Part shown: piece after piece, positions 1 through 15,600 of the stretch | Position numbering within the stretch: the stretch's first letter is position 1 | Layout of the letters: each line of letters opens with the position of its first letter | From: Blastocystis sp. Blastoise | Lineage: Eukaryota; Protista; Bigyra: Opalinata | DNA length: 64,000 nucleotides | Assembly: GCA_039096225.1 (NCBI GenBank) | Contig: JBBPEB010000015.1 | Location: 1-64,000 of the forward strand | Reading direction: 5' to 3' | The notes under the pieces: model-generated | Database searches by the model: none | Told to the model about the DNA's origin: nothing | Seen by the model: the letters and a program-made list of their open reading frames with translations, nothing else | Position numbers and translations under genes: made by a program

Positions 1-311
1 TAACCCTAACCCTAACCCTAACCCTAACCCTAACCCTAACCCTAACCCTAACCCTAACCCTAACCCTAACCCTAACCCTAACCCTAACCCTAACCCTAAC
101 CCTAACCCTAACCCTAACCCTAACCCTAACCCTAACCCTAACCCTAACCCTAACCCTAACCCTAACCCTAACCCTAACCCTAACCCTAACCCTAACCCTA
201 ACCCTAACCCTAACCCTAACCCTAACCCTAACCCTAACCCTAACCCTAACCCTAACCCTAACCCTAACCCTAACCCTAACCCTAACCCTAACCCTAACCC
301 TAACCCTAACC

Positions 312-352
<41 letters not shown>

Positions 353-734
353 CCCTAACCCTAACCCTAACCCTAACCCTAACCCTAACCCTAACCCTAA
401 CCCTAACCCCTAACCCTAACCCTAACCCTAACCCTAACCCTAACCCTAACCCTAACCCTAACCCTAACCCTAACCCTAACCCTAACCCTAACCCTAACCC
501 TAACCCTAACCCTAACCCTAACCCTAACCCTAACCCTAACCCTAACCCTAACCCTAACCCTAACCCTCACCCTAACCCTAACCCTAACCCTAACCCTAAC
601 CCTAACCCTAACCCTAACCCCTAACCCTAACCCTAACCCTAACCCTAACCCTAACCCTAACCCTAACCCTAACCCTAACCCTAACCCTAACCCTAACCCT
701 AACCCTAACCCTAACCCTAACCCTAACCCTAACC

Positions 735-775
<41 letters not shown>

Positions 776-1023
776 CCCTAACCCTAACCCTAACCCTAAC
801 CCTAACCCTAACCCTAACCCTAACCCTAACCCTAACCCTAACCCCTAACCCTAACCCTAACCCTAACCCTAACCCTAACCCTAACCCTAACCCTAACCCT
901 AACCCTAACCCTAACCCTAACCCCTAACCCTAACCCTAACCCTAACCCTAACCCTAACCCTAACCCTAACCCTAACCCTAACCCTAACCCTAACCCCTAA
1001 CCCTAACCCCTAACCTAACCTAA
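1..1023 (-). repeat. Telomeric repeat array (TTAGGG)n, chromosome end
   Basis: Uninterrupted TAACCC array from base 1. Variants (TAAACCC, TAACCCC, TCACCC, TAACC) become more frequent toward the inner end. Confidence 0.99.
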
Positions 1024-2070
1024 GATATATTGCATAGCATTCTACACCTCATATATATTCATAATTGTTTTGTTATCTATTAAAATATTTTATTTTCAAA
1101 AATAATCACGGGAATATATCAAATAATACTCTAGAAGTCATAAATAATCATAAATATACATTATATGTACAGATTATCAATTTTCAAAAATAATCATGGG
1201 AATTTATCAAATAACACTTTATAAGTCATAAATAATCATAAATGTGTCATTATATATAAAATTCTCAACTTTCATGAACAGTCACATATTATGTCACAAA
1301 ACACCTATAAGTCATATATACATATAACCCTAACTGTTTGAGTCAAATATATCTTAGTTTTTAAAAGAGACATTAAGATATCTTACATAGCACTCTATAC
1401 CTCATATATATTAATCAGTATTTTGTTATCCATGAAAATATCTTAATTTCAATAATAATCACGGGAATATATTAAATTATACTCTAGAAGTCGTAAATAA
1501 CCATAAATATATCATCTTATGTACAGATTATTAATTTTCAAAAATAATCATGGGAATTTATCAAATAAGACTCTATAAGTCATAAATAATCATAATATTG
1601 TCATGATCCATAAAATACTCGACTCTCATAAAATACCACTTAAATATGTTACAGAAAACCTCTAAGACTTATAATATACATAAGTCTATGGTTTTGTATA
1701 AAAATATAAAAATTTTCTAAATAATTACTGAAATATCCCATATAACACTCTATATATCATATATATACATGACTCTATCATTATTTTTTTAATAGATCTT
1801 ACTTTCAAAAAGAATCACGATTATCTATCAAATTTTACTTTGGATAACATAAATAATCATAAATGTATCATTATATTTAAAATCATCAACTTTCAAAAAT
1901 AATCACGGGAATTTATTCAATTTTACTCTAGAACTCTTCAATAATCATAAATATATCATTTTATATATATATAATCAAGTTTAGAACATAATCACGATTA
2001 TTCATCAAATTACACTCAAAAAGTCATAAATTTCATAAATACTTCATTATATATAAAAATGATTACTTAT
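1021..2070. repeat. Subtelomeric satellite: ~88-bp monomers arranged as a ~353-bp higher-order repeat
   Basis: TTTTCAAAAATAATCA(C/T)GGGAAT..ATCAAATAA.ACT...AAGTCATAAATAATCATAAAT recurs at ~1093, 1181, 1446, 1535, 1802, 1891 and 1980. The block starting TAAGATAT..CATAGCA.TCTA.ACCTCATATATA recurs at 1021, 1374 and ~1730. Confidence 0.9.
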
Positions 2071-5000
2071 TAATTTTTTTGTTATGAATGACTTATCAAG
2101 TCTCCTATATACTCATAGGTACTCATTATTATCTATATAACTTACATACACCTATACTAGAACAAAACATTACACTTATTAAGAATATTAGACTCTAAGC
2201 TACTATTTATTCTACCTAGTTTTGTTTTATATTTTTATATAAGCTTCTTCTATTAATAATCAAGATTATTTATAAATATTATAGTAATAAATCAAATTAT
2301 TCATAAATTCTATATCATTCATTAATTGTCATGTGACTCTATTCTTTCTCATATATAAATACCAAGCATATCAATTCTAAAAACAATAGTATTTATTACA
2401 AAAAAATTAATTTTTTATAATTATTTGACATTATATGTGTATATATTTATATTCATTATTATTCTATCTTATCAACATTAATTAACATAATTCTAATGCA
2501 TATCATAAATATTTTATAAAGCATTCATTACTAATTGAATTATTCATTATAAATAATATATTTCCATAAAATCAGAAATAAATATATAAATATAAATTTA
2601 ATTCTTTTTTCTAATTTATTTATATATTTTAAAAACTAATATAATTTCTTAATATATATTATAAATAATTTTATATATATAACAAACTAAAAATTTTAAT
2701 AACATCTTTTCTATTATTCAAATAGATATATTTACATATATAACGAATTCATATATATATATGATTATCTTTATTCATTATTATATATATGTATAAATAA
2801 AAAGTAATATTATTTATAAGAATATTTCTAATACTAAACAATTTCAATGCAATATTTTTTCATCAATTGATTAATTCATATAAAATATAATTTTAATTTA
2901 TTATTCAATTATTTAAATAGAATTTTATATTAATATATAATAAAAATTATATTTTTAAATCATCTTCATTATTTTAATTTTTTAATTTAAATATCATTCA
3001 TAAATCAATAATCATTTTTATTTTAAAATTACATATATATTTATTAATTAAAATTTTTCTTATTAATTAATAAATATATTTGTTTGTAATATTTTCTATA
3101 TTAATTTAATAGTATTATTTATTATATTATTTATTATAAAATAATAATTATTATTAAATACAATTCATCATATTAAATGTAAAATAACTATTATAATATA
3201 AAATATTATCATAAATTAATTTGGAAATAATCATTTTTAATAAAAATATATTTATATTATATATTCAAAAACTATTTCATTTATTTTTTATTAATATATT
3301 TATTCAAAATATATATATATATAAATATAATTTATATTTAAAAAATATTTCTATTATCACATTTAAATGAATTCTTTTATATTAATATAACTTATTCATA
3401 ATTCAATTCATTTTTTATAAATAAAATAAATAATTAAATAATTAAACTACATAAGAATTATAAAAAATTCATTTAATCTTAATAAAAATCAAATATCTTA
3501 TTCAAAGAATAATTTATTATCAAATATATTTTGAATTCCATATTATTAATAGAATATCAAATGAATAAATAAAATATAAAAAATAATTTATAAATAAATG
3601 AATGTAAATATTATTTTAAAAATATTTAATTCATTATTTAAATAAATAATTTAATACATAATTCTTATCTTTTATTTATTAATGCTTCAATATCATTAAA
3701 ATCATTAACATTATAATAAATATCATATTAATTAAATAATTATATTTATAAATATAAATATAAATTCATTTAATAAAAATAAATCATTGACATTAAAATA
3801 TATAAAAAATATTTTATAAAACAATTTATATATATTTTATAATAATAAAATAAATTAAAATATAATATTTGAATCTATTATAATTCTATATCAACACATA
3901 TGTATTTTCTACGTATTATCATTTAATATAAATTTTTATTTAAATTTATAACACTACAATGTTTTATATATTTTAAGAATTAGTTAAAATACTTCATTAA
4001 TAAAAAAAACATTTATCACTCTAAGAATAATTTCTTTTAATATATTATATATATGTATTTCTAATTAATAATAATATATTTTAAAACTATACATAATAAA
4101 AATTATAATAATATATATCTATAAAAATAAATATTATATTTTATATTAATATTTATTTATATAATACAAATTTTAAAAGAATGGTTTTGATTATCTATAT
4201 ATGATAAATAATTCTTTAATATTACTAATTTATGGATTATCATTAATAATATATATAAAACTTATATGTATATATAACACATAATTAAAAATGAATTTAT
4301 GACACTAAAATCTATTCCAAAACAAGAATTACAAAAAATGTTTTCTTTTAAAAAATTTTATTTTTTTCATATATTAATTTTATTTATATCTAAAAAATAG
4401 CAAATTAAAATTTTTAAATTATTTTTATTTAACTTCTTTTACAATTTTAAATATTTCATAGAATTATTTATTTTCTATTCATTATTTAAAAGAAAAATTA
4501 GTTTGTTTTTATTTCCTTATAAGTGATCACTATACAACATTAATAATAATTTTTTAATTATTTTACTTTATATAGATTCTTTGACATATAGAACATTTTC
4601 ACTGATAGATATTTTTTTGTTTTCTTTTTTTAAATAACCCTTAGCCTGATTACTATCATCCTCTAGAAAAACACAAATAGAAATAAAAAATCACATTTAG
4701 ACTCTAAAGTCAACACCAAATAACGTATATGACACCACTATCAGACCCAATATTTTTTTAAGAAACAATTTCAGAAATGTATTTGGTTCTAACGCTAAGT
4801 AAATAAAAATTCACGAGAAATAAAACATATATATTATTTAATTAACATAATATGGGTATTAATGATATATAAAAGGGTTTAATAAGTCATTTCATATTTA
4901 ATTGATATCCTTTTTTAATCCCAAAACAACTCATTTTCATTGAATAGTATTATAAACAGAAAAATAATAAACTAATAAAAAATAATAGATAAATAATTAA

Positions 5001-6249
5001 TAAACTAACATAGATTTTTTATTATATGTTTAGTATTCATGCAGAGTGCCATTTTTTGACCATTTTTAAAGACTATAGAAATGTAATTATAAAAATGTTG
5101 ATAATTTAATAATAATAAATTATACACCTTATATAAACACATCAAACATCATCTTATCTTCAATTATATGATCATTCTGAAAGACTATATATAGTTTAAA
5201 ATAAAAAGGAATAAAACAATTATAATAAATAATATATATTAAACGCACACATCAATCAATGATTACACTTCAAGGACCACCAGCTAAAAAAGCCAACTAT
5301 AACTATTATTAAGAAATGTTAAAAACATACATTTCAAAGTAAGTCATTCCTGATCAGTAGAGCACCAAAAACAAAGTTATAACTGTAGAGAGTAGATAAA
5401 TAGAGAAATAAGAATATAACTTAATCCAAGAGAAAAAATTGTATTCATCTCCTATTTATTTGAGTCATAAATGATAGCTATATAATAAAGTATATAAAAA
5501 AATAATGATACATACCATTATAAATAAAAAAAAAAACAATCGTAAAAAATCAATAATAAAATAATTTATGTGAAAAACTTTTATGTCAAATAATAATCTA
5601 ACCTCTAACCCTAAAATATGTATAAATTTTTTATATATACGAAAACTCTGAAAATTCTACCCTATAATGATTTCTCCTTTTTTCCTTAAGATACTGAATA
5701 CTAAAAAAGTCAGTATAGTTCAAATATCACTGTATATTCATAATATAATAATTATGATATTTATATTTATGTTATGACAAGTGATATTAGGTTATTGAAA
5801 GAATAACAACCAATAATAAATGAAATAAAATCTATATTGTGTTTAATCGAGATACTATAACGATTATATAGTATTTCATTACAATAATTATATCATTTAA
5901 AAAAGAAAATATTTAATCTGATATAGTTTCACAAACTGATTTACTAATTCTTTAAAAATATTTTTTATTTATAAAAATATAACTCTTCTTATTTTTACAT
6001 ACTCATAGAAATAAATGTGTAAAGAACTAAGTTTTAAATAAATCAATTTAAAGAATATTAATAGAAATAAAAGTGTAAAAAAATATTATTATTATAAACA
6101 AAACTATATATATAGAAAACTATTAGTTATTTAGGTAGAAACGTTAATAATAAACTAATTTATATTCTTATGATATTAATTACAAGAAGAAATAAAAATA
6201 ATAGTATAAACGAATATATATATATTATTTAGTAAATAATAAAAAAGAG

Positions 6250-9200
6250 TAATAACATGGAATAGTAATTATATATATGTTGTAAAGATATAAAAGAACT
6301 TATTAAAGAATATATATAGCATAGACTAATTCTTCTAGAAATATATGTTTATTACTCCTATTGATTATATCATTATTATTTCTTATTATCATTAAATTCA
6401 TTCTTATCTATTATAGTATAATTCAGTGAATAATTTAATAAAATACTTAGACTATAAAAAAAATAAGTTTATAGATATAATATATATAATAATAATATAT
6501 AATAGAAAATATAATTAAACAAAAACATTCAAAATAATACTCTTCAAATTCGAAAGAACTAAAGTTAACAACATACAAAGAGAATAACCAAAAGATCAAA
6601 GGAAGAAATAGTATCATTCTATTTATCTTTGTATGTATTAATATCTAAATATATACATCAATAACAATATAATATATATATATAATAATTCTAATAATAA
6701 TATAAATATATATATACTTGTCTATAATCTTATTTCCAATATTATTTCGACTTTTCAATACTTTTAATTGTTCAATATATGTATATAATAATAAAAACTT
6801 TATATATAAATAAATAATTAGTTTCTAAAGGAGATATGAAACCAGAATATATTCTTCTAAATTTTATATTAGTTTTAATTCATTTTATATTATTTAATAG
6901 TTCTTTAATAGAATCCAGTATTTATTGTTTAGTTATAATAATAAATTTATTCATTTTAGAAAGATTAATGGACCCAATTTTTATATATCTGAAATTAGTT
7001 CTAGAGGAAGAAGAGTAGGTTTAGTAGATTCATTCTTAATAGTAAATAATTGTTCATATATAGTTACACATATATTTTTAATTGATTTCAATAAATCTTA
7101 AGAGTAATTCTTTTTTTATACAGTAAATTAATACATATTAATTATTTTAATAATATTTCTTAAGAAAATTGAGTTGCTAATTATAATGATTGAATAAGAT
7201 CAGAAAATAATTATATATAATACAATATATATATATATATATATATATACTTGTTTTTTTAGTAATAATAGAATAATTTGAAGAAGCTAACCAACACTTA
7301 TTCATATAAATATTTTCATTTAAATCATAGAATAATGTAGTTATAGTAGATTTTGATTGTGATATAGAAGAAGGAGAAGGAGGAGTAAAATACATGTAAA
7401 TAAATGGATTCTAGAATATATATATATAATATAATAAACATAAAATAATAACAATAATAACTTATATATACTTCTTTAAGTTTTTTTAAGAATTATTCAG
7501 CACACAGATATAGATAATCTTTTTTTCCTTCATTCCCATAGAAAAATGAAAGGAAACCTTGAATTTGAAGTAATTAAAAACCTGTTTTATTCTTTATTTA
7601 AATAATATAATAATAAATTATATAGTTGTATATATCAATCAATATTTTCTTTATTATTTTTTTTTATTTTCTTAAATTTATCATCTACATTATAACATAT
7701 TCTTAAATAACTATTCTATGTATAATTTAATAAATTCCTAATAAATCAAATACATACTGATAATAAAACATTAATATATCGAAAAGGATGATATAGTTCA
7801 GATTATAATGTTTTCATAGAGATATCCATAAGATTATATAATTCTATTAGGTATATATAATTTATTAAAATTACTAGGAAACCATTTTATAGTAGTCAAT
7901 ATCTTCATTATAGAAGAATCAGATCTATATATAATAGATAAATAATACTGAATAAAAACAATAAATATATATACTTAATAATATAGAAGTTATCTAGAAT
8001 ATAATTAATAATAGTATTTCATAATGTTATATTCATAGGAGTCACCTTAGAAAGAAAGAATTCTTTAGAAACAGTAAATAAGCAAGTCGATAATTTAAGA
8101 GAAAACAAATTTATTAACTAATAAAAACTATATATATATATATAATTTATAATTAATAACATTATTATATCCATAAAGATATTTCTATTGTATAAAATCA
8201 TCGGATATATAATATATCTGTAGAACAAAAAGAAACACAGATATTTTCGTGTGTATAAAAATAGGTAATTAATTAATTACTGTTCTATATTATATATATA
8301 TTATATTATAATTATAAATATATATATAAATATACTTTTTCAATATGATCTGGACTTCTTTCAATAATATATATTTATAAAAAAAATATTGTTTATTATC
8401 ACTGAAAGATTCTACAGTTTTAAGTATGTTCTGGAACACAGATGAATCTTGTGAAATGAAACTAATATAGAATCAATATGACAAGGTGAATAACAGGAAT
8501 ATAAAGAGTTTATTAGAGAGGGAGAGAGAGAGATATCTAGAATAGAAATCGATACCTATATATATATAAATAGATACACAACGAATAGAAAAAAGAGTAA
8601 TATATGTAATAATAAAATAGATGAAGTAAAAGATAATTATATCAATAATAATAATCATAATATATTTATATACTTATAATTATAAACTTGTTATTGTTTT
8701 TCTAATCCTTCTGTATTTATATAGAAAAAAGTATTAATAGTAAACCAACACAATATATTATTTTTCATGAGACATAAAAGGTCAGTAGACTTAATTCCCA
8801 TGGAAATCTGAATGGTTTACGCTTATATATAATAAATATGTTAAAGTATTCATTCTTGAGTAAATTGAAAAATATAAGAAGATATAGAATTATATTCTAT
8901 TCCTATATATATAAATGATATCAGTTAAAAAAAAATAAAAACAATAATAAAAGTAATAGCAATAAATAATTATAATAATATAATATACATATACATATAT
9001 ATGTTGAAAACACTACATATTCTGGAGAGACATAAAAAATATATATAACTATACGAAGATGGTAAAGAGGAGGAGTGAACGAAATGAAAATGGGTCTAGA
9101 ATATAGTATTAGTAGCATTTATATATATATAACGATTTATATAGAATAATAACAATTATATATGGAGAATATATAGATACTAACTATAATAACATTACTA

Positions 9201-9610
9201 ATAATATAAATAAATTAATAATAAATAAATTAATAACAAATAAATAAAAAATATAATATAAGATAAATAAAAATTACTAATATATATATATATATATACT
9301 ATTTTCTTATAGATACCTCTAGTAATCTATAGAGTGAGTCACATAATAGGTATTCCTGTTTACTAGTCTTTTTATATGACTGCAGAATATAAATATATAA
9401 CAAATAATGCAAATAAATAAATAACAAATAATATAAATAAATAAATTTAGCAAATAATATAAATAACTAAATATATATATACTATAATAATTCAAGTTAC
9501 AAGACTACTAATCTCTCTTTTATATTTCTCTGTTATTCTTTATATATATAATAATACGATCTGAACCTATATATAAATAAATATAAATCTATTCATATAT
9601 ATTAAATAAA

Positions 9611-9650
<40 letters not shown>

Positions 9651-10345
9651 TCTTCTTAATAATAATAAAAATATTTCAATATACCATAATATTTAATTAA
9701 AATTGTTTTAAACATTATTTTCTAATTAAAATTTCCTATATAGGCAATAAATAAGATTAAAAATACAATAACAAAAAATATATATAAAAAAAGTATTGAA
9801 ATAATAAATAAATTTTATACATATATAATAAAATATTGAATTACCAAATTAAAAGTAGATATAATGTAAAACAACTATTTTCAATATATTTATATCTAGT
9901 ATAATGAAATTAATATAATAAACATATGAATTAAATAAAAAAAACAAAATAAAATAAATATATATATGTATATAAATATTTACCTATAAGAATTTTTGAA
10001 GATTTTGTTTGTTTTATAATTTAGAACATTCAAGACACCAGAATGACATCAAAGTATTAATTTCAATATTCTAAACTAAAAAAATAAATAATATAAAACA
10101 ATAAATATATACAAAAACAAATGATCTCCCATTTTCTCATTTTTTTTGATTTTTTTTTTAATTTATTTTGATTTAGAACTGTTTGTATACCTTGTGAGAT
10201 TGTTCTGAATCATTCCAATTATGATTAACCTATATATAAATAATAATAATTATCAACATTTACAATACTTTGTCGAACATATTTCTTCCTGTTTCATCAC
10301 AACTAGATCATAGTCTAATAACGTCAGGTATTGCCAATAAACTAT
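6250..10345 (-). pseudogene. Decayed intron-rich gene of unknown family
   Basis: Regular TATAG|exon|GTATA structure on the minus strand, but spliced exons carry in-frame stops and frameshifts (e.g. LLAIPDVIRL*SSCDETGRNMFDK and NIEINTLMSFWCLECSKL*KQNK). Boundaries are approximate. Confidence 0.6.
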
Positions 10346-11139
10346 AAATATAAATAAATAAAAATATAATTATAATTAAGTTTTCGAGTATCAAATAAAA
10401 ATACATTATTACAACTATACAGGTGGCAAACACTTTCTTTAATAATTAGTAAAAAAATTAAATAATTATATTAATTATTCATTCAGAATATATATTATAA
10501 AAAGTAATCTTTATTTCAAAAGAAAAATAATAAAAAAATTTCACTTATTTTTTATATTTTTTTTTCTTTTTAGAAAAACAAAATATATTTTTGGATCTGG
10601 TTGAATTACATACCCATTTTGGGAATATATTATATCGATTTTATTTTTTTTTTCGGTTATTTTGGTACCCAAAACTGGATCTAATAAAAAAAAATAAATG
10701 ATATTTTATTATATATATATTATAACAGTTTACAATCCACTTCTATTTCATATATCATCATATGTTTATCATCAATTTTATCTATCTAATATATCAGTAT
10801 TATAGAAATTTACATTATTTAATATTATTCAATAACTATATTTGATAATTATTCTATTCAAATATTATCATCAATTCATTCAAATATATATTTTTAATAT
10901 ATTATATAACTAAATATCATATTAATCAAATAAGAATGATTCTATTTGTATAATAATATCATTAATATTATTTTTTATAAAATTCAATTTAGTATGAATA
11001 ATAAATAGTAATCATTTTCATTATTCTTTATATTTTTATTATTATTTGAATTATTATTATTAATATTAACATCAATAATATCATTAATATTACTAATGTC
11101 TTTATTAATATCTATTTAAATATTATTATTATTATTATT

Positions 11140-12156
11140 ATAAGATTGATTCCCTATTTCTAAAGGAAATATAAAATAATAGGATAATGAAGAATATTTA
11201 GTCGTCCTTCAACAAATAAAAACACATGTAGAAGAAAGAAATGAAGGAGAAATAGGATAAGTAACACCCTCATTATTATTTATATTCATATTATTATTAT
11301 TATAAAAAATTAGTTTTGATTGTTAGCCTTGAATTCGAAGATATAGTAATAATAGTAGTAGTAACTAATAATAGTGATGGGAATTCGGTAATGATTGAAT
11401 TGGAGATAAACAAATAGTATGACTTCGTTTAATCTTATAATAAGAATGTATAGTAGAAGAAGTAGTAATAATAGTAGTTGCTGTTGTAATAGCAGTAATA
11501 GGAGGATCAGTCATTGTATAGTAGTAATTGATTTAGATGAGAATGTAGGAACAGGCATACTATTAGAGTTAGTTAAATGATTAATATCAGAACTATTATT
11601 ATGATAACAAGAAAGAGATTCTGAAGTCATAGAGAAAGATGGTATTGTGTAGATTAGATAAAGAATGGATAGTATATGATGTAGGAGGAAGACTATTACT
11701 AACAGTAGTATGTATAGGATTAAAAAAGTAGAAATAGTAATAGTAGTAGCATTAGGAATATAAATATTATTATTAGTAGCAATTATATAATTATTATTTA
11801 TATTATTATTAGTAGTAATAACAGTATTATTTGGAGAAGAGATATTATTAATAGTAGGAATAAATACAATATTATTAGTGTATGCGATATTATTATCATT
11901 AGTATTATTATTATTCCTAATACTATTAATATTATAAATCATATTATTAGTGTCAGTTTTCATAATCTTATGTTCTTCTTTTAAGTGAATTAAGGATTGA
12001 TTTTTCTCATTATATGAGATATTATTATCATTCTTTGTAGAATTATTAATAGTATAATTTTGATCTTCTGTTGATATCGATAATGGTATATATATATTAA
12101 AAGAATGTTCTGTAGGATCTAATATATCATTTGATTGAATATTAGGATTATTATCT

Positions 12157-12196
<40 letters not shown>

Positions 12197-14618
12197 CTGA
12201 GATATTATTATTATTATTTGAATAATGTATATCTATAGAAGGATTAGATGATATAAATCAATATTTTATAAAATATATTTAGAAGAAAGAAGAAGAGCAA
12301 TAGGAGTAGTATAATGAGTAGTTTCACAATGATTATGTATATATATGTAGATAAACTATACGATATAGTAGAATGTAAATTATGAATAGAAGAAGAAGAA
12401 GAAGAAAGAATGACTAAGAAGACGTAATGATGAATGTTTTATTTTAGAAGATTCTGTTGTTTCTGTTAATGCTATATTAGTATCATATACTGTAGATATA
12501 CTATTTGAATGAAATCGATTATTTTGAGGTATTCTATTTATACTATTCTTCTTTTAAATAATTCTTTATCTTGAAGAATCATAGGACTTAATGTATTCTT
12601 ATTTATATACTCATTTTATGAATCATTATATTGGTCTATAGCTATTTTATTAGTTAATATAAAGTTATTTGAATTATTATTATTTATTGAATTATTATTA
12701 CTATTCATGGAAATACTACTACTTATAAGATTTGAGTATCTTCTTCATTTTCTGTAGTTAAATATGTTAGAAAGAGAGAACACGTTTTTTGAGATGTAGG
12801 TATATATATATATCAGAATATATATTATTTTCTTGAATAGAAGAATATGATTGAGTATAATCATTTGATATAGGTATAGTTGAAGATGATAAAGTTTTTG
12901 TTGAATAATTAGAAGAATCTGTAAATGAATGAGATGAAGAAGAAGGAATAGTAGATGAAGATCTATGTGTAGTTGTAATAGGAGAAATATTTGTATTATT
13001 AATAGAAGGAGAAGGAGATATAGAAGGAGACATTGAACGAAGTGGAATTGGTGAATGAGATTTCAGAGTTGAAAGCACATAAGAACTTTTTCAATTCATA
13101 AATAATCGCCTAAATAATGTGTTATTCCAATGTGAAATAGAAGCTTGATTTGGTTTATCTTTTTATTGTGAGGATCGCATAGAAGAAGGAAATACTATAG
13201 TATTATTATTATTATTATATATAACAAAATAGTAATATTTATTTTTTAAGAATTTCTTCAAATTCAGTATGGATTTGTTTCATCACATTATATGCTTTAA
13301 TGACATAAACTATTCTATAACCATAATATTATTATTTAAAAAAAATTTTATAAATTATTTTTAAAAGAAGAATATAAGTAACTACATTAATAGAATAATA
13401 AATAATGATATTCAAGATGTATTAATTTTTTATGACTATATAAAATATATATAAATAATATATAACTATAATAGAATAAATATATTAATTATAACTATAA
13501 TAAGAATATATATATATACCTATAGAATAGTTCTTCTTCCATTTATAATCGATATTTCAATATATATATAAGTTTAGTATATTTAATAATGTTTATATCT
13601 TTCTTTTAACACTTCTAAACCATATACAATACCTTATTTCTTTTCTTCTTAGATAATATTATATATTTTATATAAATCAATACATTTATATATTCATTAA
13701 TAAGATATTTCTTAACATAAAAATAATTCAAATATAATTTATTATTAAAATCAACAATTCAAATATAATATTTAATTCATTTTTTTCAAAAAAAATAATT
13801 CCACTTCAAATAATAAAGACCAAATATAGGATATATTGAATATATATAGGATAACATCCAAATAGCTATTTAATGATTAATATTTGAATTGTTTTCTCTC
13901 TCTATATATATATTCTTATAAATTTTTATTGTTAGAAATATATATATATATATACATTATCAAGGTAGTAAGTATATTAAATAGATCAAAAGACCCTACA
14001 AATGAATTAAATGAATCATCCTCTATATAATATTTATGTATTATATATATATATTATTATTATATATAATAGATACATATTATACAAACAATATATATAT
14101 ATAATATATATTATACAATATATTTATATACATCAAGTTATTTGAAACCCTTAAGAAAATAATTCTGTAAATGAGATATATGAATTGTTGTAAGGGTAAG
14201 AATAATGATTTAAAGGCAAGAAGATGAAAAGGAGGGACTTTTAGAAGATAATAATGTATATAAATCTATATAGATATATAATATTTGTTGATTAATAACT
14301 TTTATAAAAAAAATTCAATTTAAAAGTTTAGAGATAAAGATATAGATTCAAAATAATAGTTGAATAACTATATATTTATATAGATTTGATAAAAATAGAA
14401 TAATAAGCATAAAATATATAAATATATTATTAAATGTCATGAATATCTATATAACAAATAAAATAGATATAAAATACTTTACACTATTATATATAATACA
14501 TATATACAAAACTATCATCTTTATAAAATGGTTAATGAGAATATCACATGATTCCATTCATTTAATTTAAGAGCATAAGCATATCCATAATGGAAAATAT
14601 ACTCACCAACTACTCTCT
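11140..14618 (-). pseudogene. Decayed gene with a spliced 5' part and a long Ser/Thr/Asn-rich 3' exon
   Basis: ORF fragments 12767-13078 and 11511-11963 are S/T/P/N-rich and continue across frameshifts (e.g. MTDPPITAITTATT in a shifted frame). Upstream exon-like blocks have splice signals and TAA interruptions. Confidence 0.55.
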
Positions 14619-14639
14619 ATAATAATAATATAATAATCT

Positions 14640-14815
14640 ATCTCTTCCCTGAAACACTTTTTTGAACAAGAATTGCCATAAAACAAATGATACTTTTAAT
14701 AGTTTTTAGCAATGTAAAATAATTATTATTCAACTGTATTAAGTCTGATTTAAATGTCTTTCTGTGATAGTCACAACAAGTATCACAAAATATTGGCAAG
14801 ACATCAATATTATTT
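14640..14815 (+). mobile_element. Degenerate older copy of the MITE at 15408-15600
   Basis: Collinear similarity by eye (CTTCC..., AATTGCCATAAAACAAATGATACTTTT, TGTAAAA, TATTAAGTCTGA.TTAAA, GTCAC..CAAGT.TCACAAAA...GG.AAG.CA). TIRs and TSD are eroded. Confidence 0.75.
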
Positions 14816-15407
14816 TTTATATATCTCATCAAATTTATCTTTTTTATTATTTATTCAAATTTTCTATATTATTCTATTATTTATCTATATTTATACTCTT
14901 CATCATAATAAAAACTCTTTTCATAATCATACTATTTTTATATTAGTTATAAATAGTATTAAAATGCTCGTTTAGCTACTTTATATAAATTGTATACTAT
15001 TCATGAATTCTATACTATTCTCAACTTAGAATTGTTTAAAAATTATTTCTTTATTATATTTAAAAACTTTATTTAGTTTTATTATTAATATTTAATTACA
15101 TTTGTTCATTTATTTAAATAATATTCACTCTATATATTTATTTTACACATTTTTATATTTATATTTTTACAATTCAATGATTTAATTTATTTTATTTATA
15201 TATTATAACAATTGAATTCATATTAGTATTCCTATTATTTAGTTTATAAAAAATATCATTTCTTTGATAAATAAAAGAATAGAAACAACTTTCATTTTAT
15301 ATTATATATAAATGTCTATTATTTGAATTTTCTATAAGAATGTTTTTTAATAAAAAAATTTTAATGTATTGATGTTTATTATTATCATATAATTCCTATC
15401 CTACATG

Positions 15408-15600
15408 CAGTGACTTCCAAAAGGCCCTCTTTTTTTGCGGTGCCGCAATTGTCACAGAAAAATGTGACACTTTTGTTAATTTTTGACAGTGTAAAAATAT
15501 TTATTATTATATTAAGTCATATTAAGTCTGACTTAAAGAGACTTTATGTGACTGTCAAAAAAAGTCACCGCAAGTGTCACAAAAAGTCGGGAAGGCACTG
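15408..15600. mobile_element. 193-bp non-autonomous hAT-type MITE
   Basis: TIRs CAGTGACTTCC / GGAAGGCACTG (10 of 11 complementary). Perfect 8-bp TSD CCTACATG at 15400-15407 and 15601-15608. About 10 internal GTCA(C)/(G)TGAC motifs; locally GC-rich. Confidence 0.92.

Noticed and set aside
1021-2070. CRISPR-like repeat array
   Set aside because: The context is eukaryotic and telomeric, the units are wholly repeated with no unique spacers, and there are no cas genes.
10590-10685. Small imperfect inverted repeats (GGATCTGGTT/AACTGGATCT, CCCATTTTGGG)
   Set aside because: Only 7 of 10 bases are complementary and there is no TSD, which is insufficient to call an element.
6250-14618. Alternative genetic code (TAA/TGA read as sense) explaining in-frame stops
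   Set aside because: The same regions also have frameshifts, and conserved genes in the window have no internal stops and use TAA/TAG as terminators.
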